A stretch of DNA of 64,000 nt from IMG/VR virus record IMGVR_UViG_3300029922_000015, positions 64,001 to 128,000 of that record. One strand, written 5' to 3'. This document shows positions 55,997 through 64,000 of this stretch, in pieces; the stretch's first letter is position 1, and each line of letters starts with the position of its first letter. Position numbers and translations under genes: made by a program. The notes beneath the pieces are model-generated. The model made no database searches. It worked only from the letters and a program-made list of their open reading frames with translations, and had not been told where the DNA came from. The stretch comes from a virus.

Positions 55997-56258
55997 ATAT
56001 AAAATTCGTCGTTCGGATGGTTTGTTTTATAATCCCGGCAAACCGGGAGTTAGATATCATCGTTTCGGCAAGGAATTTATCGAAAAGAATTTTGATAAAA
56101 CGGGCAAACTTTATTCTAAAATTGGCATGGCGCGTCGAGCGATTGAAGATATAGCGTTACCTGTAAATAAAAGTTGGGCCGGAGAATTTTGTCAAACTCC
56201 TTATAACTGTGATTTGATTGAAGTGACTTTTATTCAACATTGCCGAGTAATTAAATGA
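55989..56258 (+). CDS. hypothetical protein
   Basis: 89 aa ORF. Confidence 0.6.
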   Translation: MVKYKIRRSDGLFYNPGKPGVRYHRFGKEFIEKNFDKTGKLYSKIGMARRAIEDIALPVNKSWAGEFCQTPYNCDLIEVTFIQHCRVIK

Positions 56259-56714
56259 GCAAATCTAAAGTAAAATGTAAGACGCCATCAAAGGCTCAAG
56301 TCAATTTCAAGCACGAACAACGAAAGAAGATGAATCGCGAGATTCGTCATTCGGATCGACAACAAGAGGAATTTTTAGCGTATCGGCGCGAGGCTCAAGA
56401 TAGATGTGTTAGCGAGTCTTGCGGGCCAGAAATTTAAAACAATTTTTAACTCACTATCTATTAATTAGATAGCTATATAATCGAGTGAGAAGTACGGTAG
56501 CTCCCAAAAATCCAGTGATTATTTGAAGTTAAGAAGCAAAATGGATTAACAAAGATTCTAAAAGATAACAATTTTCCGAAACGACGGTTGCAAACGTTGT
56601 CACGTAAAGAGATTGTTATCGAGGTTGTAATCACTCTCAATTTTAGTTTACAAATTAATCGCCTCGCACGAGGAAAGCGCCGCCAGCGCGAAGACAGTGA
56701 AACTTAATTAATTT

Positions 56715-57011
56715 ATGATCATATTTTTATCCAAGGAACAAAAGGCTAAGTATAAAACTTGGCGGAAAACCATTCAAATCGATACGGAAGAAACCTGTGA
56801 TATTGGTTATGATGTTATAACGGTTACTCGCGGAAGTATCGGAGATTCGATTGTCGCTTCTTACGGAGACGATCAATGCAATCTTACAATTGACGACGAC
56901 GGTTTTCTAATTAATTATGGCGATACTTTTGTTTATCCAGAAATCGAGGTAGACATTCAAGAATATCATAAAAAACTAAAAGAATTCGAGAATTTGCTTG
57001 ACAGCCAATAA
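56715..57011 (+). CDS. hypothetical protein
   Basis: 98 aa ORF. Confidence 0.6.
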   Translation: MIIFLSKEQKAKYKTWRKTIQIDTEETCDIGYDVITVTRGSIGDSIVASYGDDQCNLTIDDDGFLINYGDTFVYPEIEVDIQEYHKKLKEFENLLDSQ

Positions 57012-57032
57012 ATCGCCGTTTATAATATTAGT

Positions 57033-57371
57033 ATGAACACTACTACCTTCACCGCCTCCTCAATGCGCAGTCCTCTCGCTTCCCTCGGCATGTTTAAGCG
57101 CACTAAGCGCAAGTCATGGGAGTTCGACGGACGCGCCGCTCGCCGGAAGCAGACTGGCGAGATTTACAACGGGCCTGAAATTGATATCTCTGAGTATCTT
57201 GTGCAGCAAAACGCAAAAACCGTTAAGATTAAGTTTATCGCTAAGAGCGGAGTTTACCTTTTCCCCGATCGTCGCGAATTCCCGAATAAGGATATCTCGG
57301 GCGCGAAGGAATATGCTCGACTTAAGGGCTTCTCGATTCTCAAGCTCGGAGGAATCAAGATTCGACTTTAA
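57033..57371 (+). CDS. basic hypothetical protein
   Basis: consensus TTGACA-N17-TATAAT-N6-ATG. Confidence 0.7.
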   Translation: MNTTTFTASSMRSPLASLGMFKRTKRKSWEFDGRAARRKQTGEIYNGPEIDISEYLVQQNAKTVKIKFIAKSGVYLFPDRREFPNKDISGAKEYARLKGFSILKLGGIKIRL

Positions 57372-57930
57372 TTTATAGGGTTAAAAACTGTCGAAATCCG
57401 CCATTGATTAAAGGGAATACGAACAGACATTAACCTTATAAAAATTTATAAACACTATGGAAACAAACAAAGACAAGCACGCATCGGTACAATACGTGAA
57501 CGCTCCTAATCTCGGGGCGCTCCAAACGCAAGTTAATCAACTTCTCCATGATTCGGCCACGAAGGCTGGATTGCAGGGTCGATTGGTTGGCTCGCCCGCC
57601 TCGATTACGGTTGATAATCAGCCCGCGCTGGTTCAGGCTATCGAATTTGCAGCGTAAGTTGGGATTGCTGTTCATGGGATATAGGCGGGAGTAACTAACG
57701 CCTATATTTTCCGTAAAATTACTTGATTTTTCGCTCAAGTAGTGCTATAATCTCTTCATGCGTAAAACTAAAAGTTTAGGCCGAATTACCGATTTGGGTT
57801 ATTCGGTTTACCAGAGCGATGATAGATGGTCGCTCGAAAAGAATGGTAAAGCCTGTGATGTCGCGCCTTGTGGCGCTACGCAATCCCAAGCCGTCAAACA
57901 GTTTATGGATTACCTTAGAATAAAATAATT

Positions 57931-58254
57931 ATGAAAGTTGAAATTGCAAATCGAGAGTTTTTTATTGATGCGTTGCGTAAGGCTCGGACAAAGGCTGTCG
58001 CGAAAGCTAAAAGTGATCTGAAATTCTATCAAGATAATCTAGCCGATAAAAAAGCTAAGGCGAAGAAATGGTTTTCGGGCGTTGGCGATTGGGAAGTTAG
58101 GTTTGGCGAGTCATACGTTCAAGACGCGGTTAATGCCGTTACGGACTCAGAAAAGCTTTTGTCGCATCTCGAAACCGTTTTGCTCAGCAAGAATACGGGA
58201 ACGGTTTACTTGGAAAACGAAGAAATTACCCTGCTAGCTCCATTTATTAAGTAA
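57931..58254 (+). CDS. hypothetical protein
   Basis: 107 aa ORF. Confidence 0.65.
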   Translation: MKVEIANREFFIDALRKARTKAVAKAKSDLKFYQDNLADKKAKAKKWFSGVGDWEVRFGESYVQDAVNAVTDSEKLLSHLETVLLSKNTGTVYLENEEITLLAPFIK

Positions 58255-58257
58255 CCT

Positions 58258-58590
58258 ATGGAGATTACAGGACGATATGCTCCCAATGAAAATAGTTTGC
58301 GCAATCAATCTATTTTCTATCTAAACAATGGGGTTAAAGCTACTGTCGAAGAAACGGCGGTGTTAGGTCGCATAATCGTTCAACTTGAAGACGGTTTGGG
58401 GTATTGGACTAATCTGAATGGGTTGAAAAATCTGCCCTTACGCTTTCAATTCGCTAGGGCTTGGGAAGATAAAGATAAGAATGTTTTGCGTCCATTGTTT
58501 TCAAGAATCTATCCTAATCCCGGTTGCGAAGGACTTATGCTCGCGGGCGAAGTGCGCGATTTGTATCGGGGTCGAGAATGGATTGAATAA
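58258..58590 (+). CDS. hypothetical protein
   Basis: 110 aa ORF. Confidence 0.65.
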   Translation: MEITGRYAPNENSLRNQSIFYLNNGVKATVEETAVLGRIIVQLEDGLGYWTNLNGLKNLPLRFQFARAWEDKDKNVLRPLFSRIYPNPGCEGLMLAGEVRDLYRGREWIE

Positions 58591-59568
58591 TGAATGTCGA
58601 ACCTCCTATAACAAAATCTATTTCCAAAAAACAGTTACTTAAGGAATCAATCGATAAAAGAGATTCCATTGCGCGTTTTAAGATCGGGCTGACTGTTATG
58701 TCTTTTCAAGAATTAGATGAATCGGAGATGAGTTTTCTGAAAATTCCTTTAATAATGAAAAGCTTGGACGATTGGCTGGATTTTTTGAACGAACAAGTCG
58801 AAAAAGGTATTGACAAGTCATAAACCGTATAATACAATTATCGCATGGCTAGAATTATAGTTTATATTATGATGACCGCCTCTTGGATTATGATCGTCGG
58901 CGGCGCGATTATAATGCTTGTCAGTTGTGGTTTTTGTATCAAAGATATTCTATATGTGCTCACCAGACTCTAAACAATTCTATCTGAATTATTGCGCGGG
59001 ATTGGTTGTTTTAGACCCGATTGGCGAAGATATTTACTTTTTTGAGCCTTGCATTAAGCATAAGAACGCAACAATCTTTAGTATCAATATGATTTTGGGA
59101 TTTTATGAGCGATGGAAAGGCGTGCCCGAGATAATCAATTCTCTTCGCGTTTTTAATATGCCAATTGAATTGTTTATTCAGCAATTAAAATAAATTTGAC
59201 AAACAAGAGTTGGTTTCCGATTAACGCTCGCAAAATCGTCTGTGATCAAGGAACATAGAGCAATCTATTAATCATTAAAAAGTGGCGTGGGAGAAAATTC
59301 GTAGCATTTTCGTTTGTACCACTAAACTCTGTAGATAAAGAATTCCTTTCATCCAAGAAAATAACAGGAATCGATATCAAAATGTCCAAAGTTGAGATGG
59401 AGATTCAATAATGACCGCGAGCCTTGTTTGTTCAGATTGCCAAGAAAAGGTTATTGAAACGATGGTCGGCAAGCCCGCATCTAAAGCTTTCTATTGTCCG
59501 TTTTGTGATGATTTTGTCAGACCTAAAAAGAGCTTGACATCGAACGAAACCGAACCTATAAAGGAATA

Positions 59569-59895
59569 ATGGCTGATAATTATTTTATGGTTTACCGAGC
59601 GAAACCTCCCTTTGAGGTATTTAAAGGGGTGCGGTTTGGGCGCGTTGATTACGCTGGTGCTTCGCACAATCAACAAGATTGCGAGCGATTAGTTACGGCT
59701 TTGAACGGCGGCAAACCTAGGGGTTTTAAAGCCAACGTCACTAGCGCGGCGCTCAAGATTCTCCAAAAGAACTTGGAGAACGTTTTGTTTGAGCCCGCGA
59801 AGGTATTTCCGCCCGATGGCATCGCAAAGATTCCCGATGTTTTTACCGTGACTTACGATTCGCTTATTGATGAATTGCAGGAGGTTTACACATGA
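59569..59895 (+). CDS. hypothetical protein
   Basis: leaderless 108 aa ORF. Confidence 0.65.
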   Translation: MADNYFMVYRAKPPFEVFKGVRFGRVDYAGASHNQQDCERLVTALNGGKPRGFKANVTSAALKILQKNLENVLFEPAKVFPPDGIAKIPDVFTVTYDSLIDELQEVYT

Positions 59896-61062
59896 TTATT
59901 GTTATAGTAATGTTGGTTATTATTAACATCGCATTCGTTTTGTTGGTAAGTGAAAGCCAGAGCGAGGTAAAGCATTTGAAGGCATTGAACGAATCTTATA
60001 AAGATTATAATCAAATTTGGCGCGATTTAGCTGAGCAACGATTAGATACCATCGCGAAAAGAAACTTTGAAATTGTTAAATTAATTAGAAAGTTGCAAAA
60101 ATATGGATTGGATAAAGAAAAGTGAAAATTTCTCTTGACACGACATAAATCGTATGCGATGATGTTATCCACACGCTAGACAAAAGGAGAATCCATCATG
60201 AAGTAAACTAACATCATTATAAGCAACGGTTAAGAGATTATGAGATTGTAGGCAGTAACTTAAAGAACTAGATAAGGATACAATGAAGCCTCCGTAGCTA
60301 TAAAACAAATTTAAGATTAAAGATAGAGTATAATGAAAAGTTAGTTGGTTAGTTGTTGAGACGCGCTGTTGGAATTCCGAGCCAATGGCGCGTCTCTTGT
60401 TAAAGAAATTTATGGATAGTGTTTATCAAATTTTAGACGTGGAATTTAATCGCAAGAATGGATTTCGCAAGGGGATAGGCCAATATTTTCGAGTCGCGCC
60501 TCAATATGCTCACGTTCTAGTGGTTCAAGCGCAATCGGCGCACGGTCGCATCTATAATGATTGGGCCGAATTTAAGGCGGATAACGAAAGTAGTTTTAAT
60601 TAAAATTTTATGCCCAAAACTTCGCTGTCCCTAATTAAAAGGATTGGCGAGTTTCGGGCTCTCTTTAGAAAACAATAATGAATAATCCAAACCCTCAATA
60701 TTATGTGGCTGTTGCTCAAGCGGATATCGGATTTACGTTGAAGATCATTGTAAATCTAACAACGAGAACTGCGAGGATTTTTTCTTTAGAACAAGCTGTC
60801 AAAGAATGTCGGGCGCAACAACGGTCGGGCGTTGTCGCAACTTATCTTCCGGTTGTATAATATGAATGATCTTGCTAAATCATTAGAGAAGCTAATCAAG
60901 ATGATAGGCGAAAAGACTTGGGTTGATGGATATGAACTTAGATCGGGAATTCACGGAGATGAAGTTTGGGCTAATAAACAAGAAGCCAGCGATTTCTTTG
61001 AAGCCGAAAAGAATTTAAAAGATTATCTTGACAATCAATAGATCGTATATTATTATAACGAT

Positions 61063-61386
61063 ATGGAAAATGCTTCCCTTCTTAATGCCAGCGATAAGAG
61101 ATGGCTTCCGTCTTTTCAAGAAACGGCTGAGCGTTTGGGCGTCGAATATCAAATCTCAATCGAGCCTTACGAGGATAATTATAATCTAACTATTCGTTTT
61201 GAGTTGAATGGTATGAAGCACACAGAAGTTAATTTCAAGCAGGCTACCGAAGAACTGGAAGATTGGGCCGATGGATATCATTCGCGTAAGATTGAAGCAG
61301 AAGCCTATCGGCGAGATGAGCTAGAAGCGTTTGGCGATATGGCAAGCGAATTCGCTGAGCCCGAACCAGAACATCCCGAATTTTAA
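61063..61386 (+). CDS. acidic hypothetical protein
   Basis: leaderless 107 aa ORF. Confidence 0.65.
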   Translation: MENASLLNASDKRWLPSFQETAERLGVEYQISIEPYEDNYNLTIRFELNGMKHTEVNFKQATEELEDWADGYHSRKIEAEAYRRDELEAFGDMASEFAEPEPEHPEF

Positions 61387-61912
61387 TTTATGAGCTTAAA
61401 AAGAGACATAAAAAAAGTTTATCGCAAGGTAAAACGCGCAATAAAAAAGGTAGATAATCAAAACTCTTTGGAGTTTGCTTTGCTGAAACTTCAATTGCGT
61501 AATTTGGAAAGGATGATGTAATGCGAAACATTCCCCGATTTGTTTGTAGTTTGCTTAATCACGATTATATACGGATAGACTACAATTCTAAACATCATCG
61601 TCATATCGAGCTTTGTAAATGTTGCGGCGATAGGCGCATCTCCATGAATTTCAGCGAGTTAATTAAAATGGATTTGACGCCAAAGAATTAGCTTGACATC
61701 TTCTTAATTTAAGGTTATTCTAATTTTAACATGAATCTTATTGTTTGGCTTTGTCTGTTTCCGATTTGTTGGTCGCTTTGTAATTTTATTGACGCTCTTC
61801 GTTATACAATTATAGGCGTCGAAGTGGATAATAAAAGCACCTATGCTATAGCGGTCGGAATTGACGTGTTGATTTTTTTCGTAATTTATTTCACTGTGGC
61901 TTTTCATCTAGC

Positions 61913-62224
61913 ATGAAACAATTTCTAGTCATTCAAAACAAGGAAAAGTATCCTTGGCTCAAGGGACATAAATCGCCGCCGGACGAATACCAAACGCCTT
62001 CGATTGGCGTTTACGTTCCTCAGTGGAAAGAATATTTGCTTAGAGTTGACGGCTCGGACGAAGAATATCGCACGCAGGAACAAATTGAAGAGAAATACGG
62101 GGAAACACATACTGTTTTTTATTTTGATTCCCTAACGGAATTAGCCAAAGAATTTATAACGCAAGGTTGGAAAGAATACGTTGACGATAAAGCAAACGAT
62201 TTTAATATTACGCATCAAGATTAA
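61913..62224 (+). CDS. hypothetical protein
   Basis: 103 aa ORF. Confidence 0.65.
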   Translation: MKQFLVIQNKEKYPWLKGHKSPPDEYQTPSIGVYVPQWKEYLLRVDGSDEEYRTQEQIEEKYGETHTVFYFDSLTELAKEFITQGWKEYVDDKANDFNITHQD

Positions 62225-62230
62225 TAAAAT

Positions 62231-62953
62231 ATGAGCACATTCAAAGCCGTGGGAATTGAAATTGAAGGGGGATGGAAGAACGTAGAACGAGTAGCTAAAT
62301 GGTTTAAAAGCGATTCGAGCGCCGTTGTGCCGGGGTATCAACATGTTCATAATCTTCATAAAGGGGATTACTTGATCAATCCTCCTAAAACGCCTGTTAG
62401 CGGAGAAGTTAATAGCGAGCCTTATGCTCAAACAGGCTCATTACACAGTTGGATTGAACGCGCTCATCCCGATGGCGTAGCCGACACTTGCGGCGTTCAC
62501 ATTCATACTTCTTTTAATACTTTGACGGATTATGCTAAGATTATGACGGAAACGTTTTATAATCGCCTAACTGCCCGTATGATGCGTTTTGGGAATGAAG
62601 AGGTAAACGGTAAGGATGCGGCGGAAACATCGTTCTGGCGGCGTTTTTGGGGTTTTAACGGCTATTCTCAGCGCGGGTTCGTCCATGTTCTTTATGGAAA
62701 TAAGAATTGGGGCGTTAATTACGGAGCTTTTAGAGGGGATAACGAAGGGCTTCGTAAATATAAAACGTTTGAAATGAGAATCTTTCCTTCGTTTGCGCGG
62801 GCCGAAACAACGCACAAAGGGGTCGAAGCTTATCTCGAAGTGATTAACGAAACCTTAAACGAGCACCCGCCTTTTCAGCCAGAGATTGAAGTGGCTTTGA
62901 AAAATCTAAAAGGTTTACATTCCGATGTAGCTAGGTTGATTCCCGAAAAATAA
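62231..62953 (+). CDS. putative amidoligase paralog 8
   Basis: GIEIEGG, SDSS, GEVNSEP, CGVHIHTS, TFEMRIF. Confidence 0.85.
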   Translation: MSTFKAVGIEIEGGWKNVERVAKWFKSDSSAVVPGYQHVHNLHKGDYLINPPKTPVSGEVNSEPYAQTGSLHSWIERAHPDGVADTCGVHIHTSFNTLTDYAKIMTETFYNRLTARMMRFGNEEVNGKDAAETSFWRRFWGFNGYSQRGFVHVLYGNKNWGVNYGAFRGDNEGLRKYKTFEMRIFPSFARAETTHKGVEAYLEVINETLNEHPPFQPEIEVALKNLKGLHSDVARLIPEK

Positions 62954-63147
62954 ACAAATGAACGTACTAATTAATATCGAGCGTAATAAACAAACTATCG
63001 AAGTCTCTGTTGAATATTACAGGGATAGCGATAAGGTTGACGATTACGGCTACGATAAGGACGGAAAAGATTACGAATTAACGACGGCGGAAAAGTATCG
63101 CGCGGTTAATGCTATTTATATGGGGAAATAATAATTAATCTCAATCA

Positions 63148-63513
63148 ATGAAACTCAAGTATGGTTTAAAGAAACTCGATAAGAAAATAGAGTTTCAAAT
63201 TTTTGAGCAAACGGAATTGTTTCGTAAAACAAAAGATACTAATACTCTTATATTTAATGCATCTAACGGACTTCAAATCATGTCGGCGAGCCATGTCGAA
63301 ATGGCGTCTGGCGCAATCTGTTTGCGCGGCCAAGAAAAATGTTACGATAATACAGTGGCCATGCGCCCTTTTAATAATAATGTAGAACGGGATATATATT
63401 ATCTAAAGATGCAGTACGCTTTGCTTGAATGGGCGCGAAGTGCGCCAGCGTTACGAGCTATTCCAGAAAATTCCGCCGAAGTTGAAAGCGGTGATATTTT
63501 TATACTAAAATGA
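63148..63513 (+). CDS. hypothetical protein
   Basis: 121 aa ORF. Confidence 0.65.
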   Translation: MKLKYGLKKLDKKIEFQIFEQTELFRKTKDTNTLIFNASNGLQIMSASHVEMASGAICLRGQEKCYDNTVAMRPFNNNVERDIYYLKMQYALLEWARSAPALRAIPENSAEVESGDIFILK

Positions 63514-64000
63514 AATACAAAGAGACAGGCGAAAATCTCCTAGATCGACTAGAACGGGAAAAGCGCGAACGTAAGTTTGTTAAGACCGAAAAGAAACGGC
63601 GCAAGAAAGCAGGATTGCCAACGTCGTTTTTTTATTGCTAAAATGAAATCTAAATACAGAATTGTCCCTAAACTTGATCTTTGGGGAGCTGAAGCTTGGA
63701 TTATTCAAAGACGCGTTTTAGGTTTCTTTTGGATAGAGATTAGCGACTCTCATTATCTCAGCAAAGCCCGCGAAACTATTCGACATCTTTTGCAGAAGCC
63801 GGAATATTTCAAATAATTTGATTGACAAGCCATGAATCATAATATATTATGATATCGTGATTACCACTACTTATAATTTCCTCGCCCGATGGGCGGACAA
63901 AGACAATCGCTATATCGCTAAACGTTGGTGGAAGTTCAGCGAGCGCAATTGGATTCGAACCTGTTGGAATATGCGTCATATTTCTTATCCTCGTAATAAG

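Larger units (their letters stand above)
28376..63851 (+). promoter_or_regulatory. about 30 sigma70-type early promoters, mostly leaderless
   Basis: TTGAC(A/T)-N17-TAnnnT near 29285, 34358, 39974, 41916, 42446, 47293, 50276, 52246, 54043, 55510, 56998, 58810, 61028 and 63823, each 6 nt before ATG/GTG. Confidence 0.85.

Noticed and set aside
1-64000. CRISPR array or DGR repeats
   Set aside because: No regularly spaced direct repeats, cas genes or reverse transcriptase were seen; the only long near-duplicate non-coding repeat noticed is the permuted RNA pair.

Overview
AT-rich window of a large (probably jumbo) phage genome; no structural or replication genes are visible, and the host cannot be assigned. 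Positions 1-27.7 kb are transcribed leftward. They hold a ~16.5 kb RNA array: 36 cloverleaf tRNAs covering all 20 amino acids, 2 D-armless tRNAs, tmRNA, a minimal RNase P RNA, about six circularly permuted anticodon-less tRNA-like RNAs and several unidentified structured RNAs. Interspersed or adjacent genes include HNH/DUF559 endonucleases, two glycosyltransferases, a GH16-like protein, a macrodomain and an ECF-like sigma factor. The array is headed by an unannotated 40-codon leader ORF (19 of 20 amino acids) whose stop codon overlaps a terminator/antiterminator switch, a candidate tRNA-pool-sensing attenuator. Positions 28-64 kb are a rightward early region of small genes driven by ~30 sigma70 promoters, mostly leaderless. 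It contains eight paralogous amidoligase (COOH-NH2 ligase) genes and two class II glutamine amidotransferases. A second promoter-like motif, GTGTAA-N8-ATG, precedes at least ten genes. All folds and family calls were made by eye, without database searches.
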